Source: Polyangiaceae bacterium (GTDB taxonomy: Bacteria; Myxococcota_A; Polyangia; Polyangiales; Polyangiaceae). Taken from it: 64,000 nt of DNA. Shown here piece by piece: positions 51,110 to 59,716 of the stretch; position 1 is the first letter of the stretch; every line of letters begins with the position of its first letter. Below the pieces are notes generated by a model. It made no database searches, was not told the origin of the DNA, and saw only the letters and a program-made list of their open reading frames with translations. The position numbers were made by a program, and so were the translations under genes. The stretch lies in NCBI GenBank assembly GCA_965222375.1, contig CBDCTZ010000014.1:256001-320000 (forward strand), written 5' to 3'.

Positions 51110-51712
51110 CTATTCCCAGACGGCCCAACCGCGGGACGCCCTGGCCCGGAACCGGAGTTCTTTCGATTCCAATTCGTCCAGGTCGGCGTGATGGCCATTG
51201 CGCTTGCCGTTGCCGTTCGTGGGACCGCCGCTGCCGTTGGCTTTGGCATGCCCGTTCGGCTTGGCCGCGCCGTTTTCGCGACTGGCGCCGTTTTCGCGAT
51301 TGGCGCCGTTTTCGCGACTCGGGGCCTGGGCGCTTCCGTTTGCCTTGGCTTCGGCGACGCTCGGTCTAGCGGGGCGTGCAGCGGGCGCAACGTCCGGTTC
51401 GTGCAGGGAGCCGCCGAGGGCGTCGCTGATCATTTGCGTCCACAGCAACAGATCGGCGCGCAGCCTCCACGACAATCGGCGTGGTGACGTTGGGCGGTTC
51501 TTCTCGATCAAGCGATGGCTGAGCCAGGCCGGGCCGAACGCGGCAGCGGCCGCGCCGAGGAGCAGGCTGCGCTGCCCAGTGAGCAGGGAGCTCGCCAGGC
51601 AGCCCAGCGCCAGGCTGGTGCCGAGGAACTGCACGCGGCGCGTCCAGGGCTTTTGGCGCTGCTCTAGGTAGAGCTGAAAGTACTCTTCGAAGGAGCGGAA
51701 ATCTCGGTCCAT
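51110..51712 (-). CDS. DUF962-like membrane protein with a low-complexity tail
   Basis: SFEEYFQLYL, TRRVQFLGT, PAWLSHRLIEKNRP; tail has three RENGA repeats (18-bp period). Confidence 0.7.
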   Translation of the reverse strand: MDRDFRSFEEYFQLYLEQRQKPWTRRVQFLGTSLALGCLASSLLTGQRSLLLGAAAAAFGPAWLSHRLIEKNRPTSPRRLSWRLRADLLLWTQMISDALGGSLHEPDVAPAARPARPSVAEAKANGSAQAPSRENGANRENGASRENGAAKPNGHAKANGSGGPTNGNGKRNGHHADLDELESKELRFRARASRGWAVWE

Positions 51713-51893
51713 GGCGCACCTCTGGGGCTTCCCGTATTTCCTACTGGAAAGCAGGCTGACTGGCCCAATTGTCGAGGTTCAGCCGGCGTGGCAGGCGCGA
51801 TCCTGCCGGATCTGCGGGCTGCGTGACGCGCGAGGCGAGCCAGCGGAGGGCTGGTGGAGGCCACCTCGGAGCTATGCTCTACTCCGCGCCCTC

Positions 51894-53207
51894 GTGACTC
51901 ACCCCGTTGCAGAACAGGTACGACAAGCCGGTGTCGTGGGCGCTGGCGGTGCTGGGTTCCCGACCCACGTCAAGCTCGGCGCCAGGATCGACACGTACAT
52001 CTGCAATGCAGCGGAATGTGAGCCATTGCTGTTCAAAGACCAGGAGCTGATGCGCACCCAGGCCGAGGCCATGGTTCGTGGCATGCGCTTGGCCATGGAG
52101 GCCACGGGCGCCGAGCGTGGCGTGATTGCGATCAAGGAGAAGTACACGCGCGCCATCGAGGCGCTGCGGCGCTTCACCGGTTCCGACATCGAGTTCCAGA
52201 TGTTCGGTAGCTTTTACCCCGCGGGTGACGAGTACGTGGTCGTCTACGACGTGACCGGGCGGCTGATCCCCCACGACGGCCTGCCGCTCAACGTGGGCTG
52301 CGCCGTCAATAACGTCGAAACGCTGATCAACATAGCCCGAGCGGCGGACGGCCAGCCCGTTGTCGAGTCGAGTTTGACGGTCACGGGAGCGGTTGCGGAG
52401 CCGTGCACGGTGACGGTGCCCATCGGCGTCCGCGCGGCCGACGTGGTGGCGATGGCTAGGGGGGCCACTGTGGATGATCCCGTGCTGCTCGATGGCGGCG
52501 CCATGATGGGCAAGCTGGCCGACATGAACACGCTGATCACCAAGACGAGCGGTGGTTTCATCGTGTTGCCGCGGGATCATCAATTGATCCGCCGCCGCAC
52601 TCGTCCGGCCCGCGCGAACCTCATGATCGCCAAGTCCGCCTGCGACCAGTGCTCCTACTGCACCGACTTCTGCCCCAGGTTCTTGCTGGGGTACGCCATC
52701 GAGCCCCACAAAGTGATGCGCTCGGTGGGCTTCGAGGGCGATGCCGAAGCGGGCTGGGCTCAGCTTGGGCTCGCCTGCTGCGAGTGCAATCTATGCTCGC
52801 TCTACGCCTGCCCCGAAGATCTGCCGGTGATGGAAATGTGCGTGCGCTCCAAGACGGTTTGGCGCGAGCGCGGGCCCAGGCCGGAGCCGTTGCCCTCCAA
52901 GGGGGTCGTCAACCCAATGCGGGACTCGCGCAGAGTGCCAATCAGCCGATTGATTCAACGCTTGGGGCTGACGAAGTGGGATCGACCCGCGCCGATTTCC
53001 ACGCAACAACTGCAGCCCGGGCGAGTTGCCGTGGCTCTGTCTCAGCACATCGGCGCACCTGCCGAGCCAGCGGTTGCGGTTGGGGATAGCGTGAGCGCGG
53101 GGCAACTCGTCGCCAAAGTGCCGGATGGGAAACTCGGCGCGCACGTTCACGCAAGCATCCCTGGGCGCGTGACCAAGATCGACAAGCATATCCACATCCA
53201 AAGGTGA
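51894..53207 (+). CDS. PduS-like (RnfC-family) flavin/4Fe-4S oxidoreductase of the BMC locus
   Basis: GVVGAGGAGFPTHVK, NAAECEP, YPAGDE, NVET, GGAMMG, CDQCSYCTDFCP, CCECNLCSLYACP, QHIGAP...HASI. GTG start at 51894 inferred. Confidence 0.88.
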   Translation: MTHPVAEQVRQAGVVGAGGAGFPTHVKLGARIDTYICNAAECEPLLFKDQELMRTQAEAMVRGMRLAMEATGAERGVIAIKEKYTRAIEALRRFTGSDIEFQMFGSFYPAGDEYVVVYDVTGRLIPHDGLPLNVGCAVNNVETLINIARAADGQPVVESSLTVTGAVAEPCTVTVPIGVRAADVVAMARGATVDDPVLLDGGAMMGKLADMNTLITKTSGGFIVLPRDHQLIRRRTRPARANLMIAKSACDQCSYCTDFCPRFLLGYAIEPHKVMRSVGFEGDAEAGWAQLGLACCECNLCSLYACPEDLPVMEMCVRSKTVWRERGPRPEPLPSKGVVNPMRDSRRVPISRLIQRLGLTKWDRPAPISTQQLQPGRVAVALSQHIGAPAEPAVAVGDSVSAGQLVAKVPDGKLGAHVHASIPGRVTKIDKHIHIQR

Positions 53208-53210
53208 TTC

Positions 53211-53786
53211 ATGTCCTGGAGGAGCCACGACGAACCAACCCCCTCGGCCCTGGGCCTGATTGAGCTTTCGAGCATTGCCCGCGGCATGCATGCAACGGAT
53301 GCGATGCTCAAGGCCGCGGAGGTGCAGCTCGTGATGTCTCGCTCGATCTGTTCGGGCAAGTACATGGTGTTGGTTGCGGGGGACCAGCACGAAGTGGAAG
53401 CGAGCGTCGCCGCCGGCATGGAAGTGGCTGACGAGACCACGATCGATCACGTGTTGCTCTCGAACGTACACCCCGACGTCTACCCGGCTCTTTCGAGCAC
53501 CGGCGAGATCACCCAGAAGGGCGCGCTCGGGATCCTGGAGTCCTTTTCCGTCGCCTGTCTGGTAGACGCCCTAGACCAAGTGGCAAAGCGGGCGTTGGTG
53601 GAAGTCGTTTCCTGCCGCCTCGCCATGGCCTTGGGTGGCAAGGCCTACTTGGTCTTCACGGGGGATGTCGATGCGGTGCGCGAATCCCTGGATGCCGGGG
53701 CCGAGGTCGTCGAAGAGCGGGGGCTGCTGGTGAACAAGGTCGTGATCCCGGATCCGCGACCCGAGCTCTTCGACACCCTCGTTTGA
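53211..53786 (+). CDS. BMC-T shell protein, PduT-like
   Basis: ALGLIELSSIARG...DAMLKAA, SICSGKY (pore Cys), second domain ALGILES...LAMALGGKA...GDV...VIPDP. Confidence 0.9.
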   Translation: MSWRSHDEPTPSALGLIELSSIARGMHATDAMLKAAEVQLVMSRSICSGKYMVLVAGDQHEVEASVAAGMEVADETTIDHVLLSNVHPDVYPALSSTGEITQKGALGILESFSVACLVDALDQVAKRALVEVVSCRLAMALGGKAYLVFTGDVDAVRESLDAGAEVVEERGLLVNKVVIPDPRPELFDTLV

Positions 53787-53789
53787 GGC

Positions 53790-54554
53790 ATGGCGCGCAC
53801 TCCGATCATCGGCGGAAATTGGAAGATGCATCTGACGCTGAGTGCGTCGGATCGCCTCACGACGGATCTGCGCAATCGCCTCGGGTCCCACCGGGGCGGG
53901 CATGTCGTGGTTTTCCCGCCACATCCCTTCTTGCAGCCCGTGAAGAATCGCTTGCGGGACTCGGCCATGGAAGTGGGCGCCCAAGATCTGCACCCGATGG
54001 ATCGGGGCGCGTACACCAGCGGCGTGTCTGCCGAGATGATTCACTCGATTGGCTGCAGCCGCGTGCTGATCGGGCATTCGGAACGGCGGGCTTGGTTCGG
54101 AGACTCGGACGCTCGGGTTGCGGAGAAATTGCACGTCGCGCTGGAGGCTGGGCTTCTGCCAGTTGTTTGCATCGGAGAGAGCCTGGAAGCGCGTCAGGGG
54201 GGAACGACGAACCAGGTGCTGACGCGGCAACTCGAGACGGCGCTATCCACGTACTCGTGTGCGCAGTTGGCAGGCTTGGTGCTTGCCTACGAGCCTGTCT
54301 GGGCAATCGGCACCGGTGTCACTGCGACGCCCGAACAAGCGCAGGAAACCCACGCCTGGATTAGAGGTCGGATCGCGGGCCACTTTGGCGAGGCCTTCGC
54401 GGGCGCACTACGCATCCAATACGGCGGCAGCGTAAAAGCTGACAACGCGGCAGCGCTCCTCTCATGTCCAGATATCGACGGCGCGCTGGTCGGAGGAGCG
54501 AGTCTGAACCCGCAGGAGTTCACGCGCATCGTGCACGCGGGCTCGCGTCGCTAA
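53790..54554 (+). CDS. tpiA: Triosephosphate isomerase
   Basis: GNWK, IGHSERR, AYEPVWAIGTG, YGGSV, LVGGASL. Confidence 0.96.
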   Translation: MARTPIIGGNWKMHLTLSASDRLTTDLRNRLGSHRGGHVVVFPPHPFLQPVKNRLRDSAMEVGAQDLHPMDRGAYTSGVSAEMIHSIGCSRVLIGHSERRAWFGDSDARVAEKLHVALEAGLLPVVCIGESLEARQGGTTNQVLTRQLETALSTYSCAQLAGLVLAYEPVWAIGTGVTATPEQAQETHAWIRGRIAGHFGEAFAGALRIQYGGSVKADNAAALLSCPDIDGALVGGASLNPQEFTRIVHAGSRR

Positions 54555-54568
54555 GGGCCTGAGCCGAT

Positions 54569-55150
54569 CGCAAGAGGAGCCGGACCAATCCGTGCAGGGG
54601 TGCTTTGGTGCTCCGCGTCCCGCGCCGAGTCGCAAGAAGGATCCGCCGGCCCAACTCCGCACAGGGTAGCTTTGGCGCTCTGAGCACCGCGCGAAGCCGC
54701 AAGAAGGATCGGCCCAGCTCCGCACAGGGTAGCTTTGGCGCTCTGAGCACCGCGCGAAGTCGCAAGAAGGATCGGCCCAGCTCCGCACAGGGTAGCTTTG
54801 GCGCTCTGAGCACCGCGCGAAGTCGCAAGAAGGATCGGCCCAGCTCCGCACAGGGTAGCTTTGGCGCTCTAAGCACCGCGCGAAGCCGCAAGAAGGATCG
54901 GCCCAGGTCCGCACAGGGTCGCTTTAGCGCTCTAAGCACCGCGCGAAGTCGCAAGAAGGATCGGCCCAACTCCGCACAGGGTAGCTTTGGCGCTCTAAGC
55001 ACCGCGCGAAGTCGCAAGAAGGATCGGCCCAGCTCCGCACAGGGTAGCTTTGGCGCTCCGAGCACCGCGCGAAAACGCAAGAAGGATCGGCCCAGCTCCG
55101 CACAGGGTAGCTTTAGCGCTCTGAGCACCGCGGGCGGCCGCAAGAAAGAC
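54569..55150. repeat. Intergenic tandem array of a 63-bp unit, ~9 copies plus a partial copy
   Basis: Consensus cgcaagaaggatcggcccagctccgcacagggtagctttggcgctctgagcaccgcgcgaagt. Units start at 54569 (degenerate), 54631 (+4 bp), 54698, 54761, 54824, 54887, 54950, 55013, 55076 and 55139 (partial). Confidence 0.97.
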
Positions 55151-55155
55151 CCGCG

Positions 55156-55184
55156 TTGCCTTGACTTGGGGCAACATCTATAGT
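55156..55184 (+). promoter_or_regulatory. Putative sigma70 promoter for rpiB-deoC and downstream BMC genes
   Basis: TTGCCT (55156-61), 17 bp, TATAGT (55179-84), 31 bp upstream of ATG 55216; overlapped by the inverted repeat GTTGCC-N9-GGCAAC. Confidence 0.5.
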
Positions 55185-55215
55185 CCCGCGCCTTGAACAC
55201 TAGGCGGCACACAGC

Positions 55216-56616
55216 ATGAGCGCCGGGCCGGTCGTCTTGGGGTCGGACCACGGGGGCTACCCACTGAAGGAGGCCATCAAGCGTCACCTCTCGGGTAAGG
55301 GGATCCGCGTGGTGGACGTCGGAACCGACTCCGCGGAGGCCTGCGACTACCCGGTGTTCGCCCGCAAGGCGGCAGAGGAAATCGCCGCGGGGCGCGCGTG
55401 GCGGGGCGTGGTGGTGGACGGCGCCGGGATTGGCTCCTGCATGGTGGCGAATAAGGTCCCTGGCGTGCGAGCTGGGATGGCCTTCAATCAGGCCACGGCG
55501 AACAACGCCAGGGAGCACAACGACGCGAACTTGTTGACCCTCGGGGCGGGCTATCTGGATGAGGCCGCCGCCCTCTCGATCGTGGACACATTTCTGTCCG
55601 TCGAGTGTACAGTGGCGCGCCACAAGCGTCGCGTCGACATGATCGACGCTCTCGACCGTGGTCCCCGGAGATCCTTGAAGATGGTAGCGCCAGCACCAGA
55701 CAACAAGAACCAGCTCATCCAGCAGATCACCCGAGTGCTTTCTGGAAACCCCCAACTGCTGTCGGCCTTTGGCGGCGGCGGCGGTGGCGTGCCCGGGAGC
55801 GACTGCAATACCTGTAGCCGTTGCGATCATCAGTGCCCAAGCTCCGCATCGGACGCGGTGCGCAGCTTGGTGAAGGGCAAGTCCGGAGCGCGAGTCAGTG
55901 GTCGCCTGGGCGTGAGTGAAGTCCCAGAAGATCTGGCGAAGTACATCGACCACACTCTGCTCAAGGCCGATGCCACCTACGCTCAGATCGACCAGCTCTG
56001 CGACGAGGCGAGAAAGTACGGATTTGCGTCGGTCTGCGTGAACCCGGTTCACGTGCGGCGCACGGCGCAGGCGCTGCGAGGTACCTCGGTCAAGTCCTGT
56101 ACGGTCATCGGTTTTCCCCTCGGAGCCACCCGCAAAGAGGTCAAGGCTCTAGAGGCGCGGCAGGCGCTTCGCGACGGCGCCACCGAGCTGGACATGGTGA
56201 TCAACGTGGGCGCCCTCAAGTCGGGTGACGACAAGACGGTCTATGAGGACATTCGCCTGGTGCGAGAGGTGGCCCATGAAGGGGGCGCGATCCTCAAGGT
56301 GATCATCGAAACCGCGCTGCTCACAGATGCAGAAAAAGTGACTGCTTGCGAGCTGTCCAAGAAAGCACGGGCGGACTTCGTGAAGACATCCACTGGCTTT
56401 TCCACCGCCGGGGCGACTTCCGAGGACGTCGCGCTGATGGCGCAGGCTGTCGACCACCGCCTCGGTGTGAAGGCGTCCGGGGGCGTGCGCTCTGCGAGTG
56501 ACGCTCAGAGCATGATCGCGGCAGGCGCAACTCGGATTGGCGCGTCGGTCGGGATCCAGATTGTGCGCGAGATGCGCGGTGAGTCGAAGCCCGGCAGCGC
56601 CGGAGCAGGATATTAG
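55216..56616 (+). CDS. RpiB/LacAB sugar-phosphate isomerase fused to deoxyribose-5-phosphate aldolase (DeoC)
   Basis: Rpi[39 protein letters not shown]. Deo[49 protein letters not shown]. Single open frame. Confidence 0.93.
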   Translation: MSAGPVVLGSDHGGYPLKEAIKRHLSGKGIRVVDVGTDSAEACDYPVFARKAAEEIAAGRAWRGVVVDGAGIGSCMVANKVPGVRAGMAFNQATANNAREHNDANLLTLGAGYLDEAAALSIVDTFLSVECTVARHKRRVDMIDALDRGPRRSLKMVAPAPDNKNQLIQQITRVLSGNPQLLSAFGGGGGGVPGSDCNTCSRCDHQCPSSASDAVRSLVKGKSGARVSGRLGVSEVPEDLAKYIDHTLLKADATYAQIDQLCDEARKYGFASVCVNPVHVRRTAQALRGTSVKSCTVIGFPLGATRKEVKALEARQALRDGATELDMVINVGALKSGDDKTVYEDIRLVREVAHEGGAILKVIIETALLTDAEKVTACELSKKARADFVKTSTGFSTAGATSEDVALMAQAVDHRLGVKASGGVRSASDAQSMIAAGATRIGASVGIQIVREMRGESKPGSAGAGY

Positions 56617-56655
56617 GTTTCGTATTTAGGCTGAGTTCGAGTTCAGGAGGATAGG

Positions 56656-56970
56656 ATGAGTACTGAAGCGTTGGGCATGATCGAGTGCCGTTCATTTGCG
56701 GCGGTCGTCGAAGCGGCAGATGCCATGGTTAAGGCTGCCAAGGTCGAGCTCGTGCAATACGAAAAGACCGGTGGAGGCTACGTGACGGCAGTGGTTCGCG
56801 GCGACGTCGCAGCAGTGAAAGCGGCAGTCGAAGCGGGCGCCAACGGTGCCACCCGCGTCGGCGAGATCGTCACCACCCACGTCATTGCCCGTCCCCACGT
56901 CAATGTGGATCTGGTCATGCCCCTGGGTCGCGCCGACGAAGCCGGCCGAGCCAGCAAGGGAGGCAAGTAG
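56656..56970 (+). CDS. BMC-H hexamer shell protein
   Basis: ALGMIE...EAADAMVKAAKV...GGGYVTAVVRGDVAAVKAA...HVIARPH; strong AGGAGG RBS. Confidence 0.97.
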   Translation: MSTEALGMIECRSFAAVVEAADAMVKAAKVELVQYEKTGGGYVTAVVRGDVAAVKAAVEAGANGATRVGEIVTTHVIARPHVNVDLVMPLGRADEAGRASKGGK

Positions 56971-56981
56971 CGGACGTAGGC

Positions 56982-57056
56982 GGGTCGCTCTCTGCTGGGA
57001 AGCTTCCCGGAGGGCGACCCCGCGCCAGCGTCCCTCGAGCCTTTTAGCGCGAGGAC
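56982..57056 (+). promoter_or_regulatory. Two intergenic stem-loops between BMC-H and the first BMC-P gene
   Basis: GGGTCGCTCT...CTGGGA-AGCT-TCCCGG-AGGGCGACCC (56982-57020), and GTCCCTCG...CGAGGAC (57030-57056), which covers the GAGGA RBS. Confidence 0.55.
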
Positions 57057-57063
57057 TAGATGC

Positions 57064-57384
57064 ATGCTGCTCGCTAAAGTCATCGGAACTGTCGTTTCCA
57101 ACCGTAAGGATCCGAACATCGAGGGGTTCAAGTTTCTGCTTCTGCGGCAGACGAACCCCGAAACGATGGAGGACGGGGGTTACGTCGTTGCTGTGGACGC
57201 CGTGGGCGCCGGAGTGGACGAGTACGTCCTGTTCGCGTCTGGGTCCTCGGCCCGTCAGACCGAAATGACCAAGAACCGCCCCTGCGATGCAGTGATCATG
57301 GCCATCGTCGACCAGTGGAGCATCGACGGTAGACAGGTGTACGAAAAGTACAGCCCGAACCACGGCTACGATGTTGAGGTTTGA
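57064..57384 (+). CDS. BMC-P pentamer (EutN/CcmL family) 1
   Basis: MLLAKVIGTVVS..K, VAVDAVGAGVDE.V, GSSAR, DAVIMAIVD. Confidence 0.95.
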   Translation: MLLAKVIGTVVSNRKDPNIEGFKFLLLRQTNPETMEDGGYVVAVDAVGAGVDEYVLFASGSSARQTEMTKNRPCDAVIMAIVDQWSIDGRQVYEKYSPNHGYDVEV

Positions 57385-58829
57385 GCGTGTCAGCCGTTGA
57401 TCCGGCGAGTGTTCAGCGTCTGGCGGAGGCGATTGCTTCAGAGATCCTGAACCAGAACGCGACCGCCAGCGCGCAGCCTGCCCCCACTTCGAGCGAGTCA
57501 ATGGGGGACGGGGTGTACCCCTCGATTGATGCAGCGGCGCGTGCATCCCGGCGCGCCTATTTGGCCTACGACGAACTGCCCCTGAGCAAGCGCTACGGCA
57601 TTGTCGCGGCGGTTCGTGAGGTGTGTCGTCGCGAGGGCGCAGCCCTTGCCAAGTTTGCTCACGAAGAGACGGGCTTGGGGCGCTACGAAGACAAGATCGC
57701 CAAGAACGAACTTGTCACCGAGAAGACTCCGGGCCCGGAAGTGCTCGAACCCATGGCGCGCTCTGGGGATCACGGCCTGATGCTCACGGAGCCGGCGTCT
57801 TTCGGCGTGATCGGCGCCATCACGCCGGTAACGAACCCCACGTCCACCATCATCAACAACGCGATTGGCATGATCGCAGCGGGCAACACCGTGCTCTTCA
57901 ACGTGCACCCCTCTGCGAAGCGCGTCTCGATGCACACGATTCAACTGCTCAACCGTGCAATCGTCGCGGCGGGCGGCCCTGCGGACGTGCTGACCTGCAT
58001 TGCGGAGCCGACGATCAAGAGCGCGCAAGAGCTGATGACGCACCCGCTGGTTCGGCTCTTGGTGGTGACAGGCGGCGGCGCCGTGGTGAAAGCCGCGATG
58101 ACGTCTGGCAAGCGGGCCATCAGCGCCGGACCGGGTAATCCTCCCGCCGTCGTCGACGCCAGCGCGGACGTCGAGCAGGCGGCTCGCAATATCGCTTTCG
58201 GCCACTCCTTCGACAACAACGTGATTTGCGTCGACGAAAAGGAATGCATCGTCGTCGATCAAGTTGCCGATCAACTGAAGAGCGCCATGCAACGCCACGG
58301 CGCGGTCTTGCTCGATCCCAAAGAGCTGCCCCGACTAGAAAACGCCATCTTCAAGAAGATGGCCGGGCCTCGTGGGCATGCCAGCATCGACCGAGACCTC
58401 GTCGGCAAGAATGCATCGGTGATTCTCGAACGGCTGGGGATCAGCGCGGGCGCCGAAGCGCGACTGGTCCTGATCGAGGTACCCAACGACCATCCCCTGG
58501 TGTGGACGGAGCAAATGATGCCCGTCTTGCCCATCACCCGGGTGCCCACCGTGAATGACGCCATCGACCTGGCCGTCGGCGCCGAGGGCGAGAACTACCA
58601 CACGGCAACCATGCACTCGCATGACCTCGACGCGCTCTCGCGCATGGCCCGCAAGTGCAACTGCAGCATCTTCGTGAAGAACGGTCGCTCCATCGACGGA
58701 CTGGCGGCCAGCGGGGAGGGCTGGACGTCATTCACGATTTCTTCGCCAACGGGTGAAGGGCTGACCACGGCAAGAACGTTTTCACGCTGGCGGCGATGCA
58801 CCCTCGTCGACCACTTCAGGATTACCTGA
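57381..58829 (+). CDS. Acylating aldehyde dehydrogenase (EutE/PduP family) with an N-terminal encapsulation-peptide-like helix
   Basis: VQRLAEAIASEILNQ plus linker; EETGLG, PVTNPT, VTGG, AGPGNPP, FDNNVIC (catalytic Cys), EQMMP, PTGEG; TTG start overlaps the upstream TGA. Confidence 0.93.
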   Translation: MSVSAVDPASVQRLAEAIASEILNQNATASAQPAPTSSESMGDGVYPSIDAAARASRRAYLAYDELPLSKRYGIVAAVREVCRREGAALAKFAHEETGLGRYEDKIAKNELVTEKTPGPEVLEPMARSGDHGLMLTEPASFGVIGAITPVTNPTSTIINNAIGMIAAGNTVLFNVHPSAKRVSMHTIQLLNRAIVAAGGPADVLTCIAEPTIKSAQELMTHPLVRLLVVTGGGAVVKAAMTSGKRAISAGPGNPPAVVDASADVEQAARNIAFGHSFDNNVICVDEKECIVVDQVADQLKSAMQRHGAVLLDPKELPRLENAIFKKMAGPRGHASIDRDLVGKNASVILERLGISAGAEARLVLIEVPNDHPLVWTEQMMPVLPITRVPTVNDAIDLAVGAEGENYHTATMHSHDLDALSRMARKCNCSIFVKNGRSIDGLAASGEGWTSFTISSPTGEGLTTARTFSRWRRCTLVDHFRIT

Positions 58830-58832
58830 GCT

Positions 58833-59441
58833 ATGGCGAAAGCGTCCAAAGCTGGCCCCGCTCTCGCGATGCTCGACATTGCGAATGTCCCTGTGGGGCT
58901 GCTCGCTCTCGACCTGCTCGCGAAGGAGGCCCTGGTGGACGTGCTGAATGCGGGCACGGTTCAGAGCGGACGTTATTTGATTCTCTTCGGCGGTGATGTG
59001 GAGCCGGTGCAACGCTCCTTCGACCGTGCCCGAGGCATTGCGGGCTCTGCGCTCTGCGACGCCGTGCTGTTGCCCTGGGCGGAAGAGCGTATCGCGCCGG
59101 CGATCACCAAGAACAAGCGCCGTTGGCCCGCACCAGGCGATACCCTGGGTGTGCTCCAGAACGGTTCTTCACCGACTCTGCTCAGGGCGGTGGACGCTGC
59201 ATTGAAGGGTGCCCTCGTCGATCTCGTGGAGCTTCGGGTGGGCGATGGGCTGAGCGGCAAGGCCGTGGCGAGCCTTTGGGGTGAGACCCACGACGTCGAG
59301 GCAGCCGTAGAGCTCGCGGACAAGAGCGCTCGAGAGGGCGCGGCGGAGGGTTGGTACCGCTCCGTAATTCGCAACGCGGACAGCGTGGTGCAGGATAGCT
59401 TGGGCGCTTCGACGCGCTTCTTCTCGGAGTGGCGCGGATGA
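58833..59441 (+). CDS. BMC-T shell protein (divergent tandem-domain type)
   Basis: PALAML...LAKEA...GRYLILFGGDV; second domain TLGVLQ...DAALKGALV...GKA...DVEAA. Confidence 0.8.
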   Translation: MAKASKAGPALAMLDIANVPVGLLALDLLAKEALVDVLNAGTVQSGRYLILFGGDVEPVQRSFDRARGIAGSALCDAVLLPWAEERIAPAITKNKRRWPAPGDTLGVLQNGSSPTLLRAVDAALKGALVDLVELRVGDGLSGKAVASLWGETHDVEAAVELADKSAREGAAEGWYRSVIRNADSVVQDSLGASTRFFSEWRG

Positions 59442-59716
59442 AGCTAGGTCGCGTCATCGGCACGTTGGTGTCCAACACCAAGAGTGAAGGCATGGATGGG
59501 CTGAAGCTGCTCATCGTCCGGCCGCTGACGAGCAAGCTGGACGTCGAGGGGGACCCTTTCGTCGCCACGGACGCGTCGGATCAAGCAGGCCCAGGGACTC
59601 TGGTCACCTACGAGTCTTCCCGAGAGGCCGCATTGCTTCACGCGCCACGCTTCGTGCCCGTAGACAAGGCGATCGTCGGCATCGTGGATCAGCACAACTA
59701 CGACGAGGGACCATGA
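59438..59716 (+). CDS. BMC-P pentamer 2
   Basis: MKLGRVIGTLVS..K, VATD...AGPG, PVDKAIVGIVD; ATGA overlap. Confidence 0.92.
   Translation: MKLGRVIGTLVSNTKSEGMDGLKLLIVRPLTSKLDVEGDPFVATDASDQAGPGTLVTYESSREAALLHAPRFVPVDKAIVGIVDQHNYDEGP

Noticed and set aside
51894..53207. Rnf complex subunit RnfC
   Set aside because: No other rnf genes nearby; adjacency to a PduT-like gene indicates PduS-type.
54569..55150. CRISPR array
   Set aside because: The whole 63-bp unit repeats with no unique spacers, and no cas genes are in the window.
55161..55166. TTGACT as the -35 box
   Set aside because: Only 12 bp from TATAGT; TTGCCT gives the 17-bp spacing.
54462..56052. Repeat-derived ORFs 54462..54914(-), 54520..56052(-) and 54605..55183(+) as confident genes
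   Set aside because: They are open because the unit is a multiple of 3. The minus ORFs overlap tpiA or rpiB-deoC; the plus ORF has a weak TTG start. Kept only as a hypothesis.
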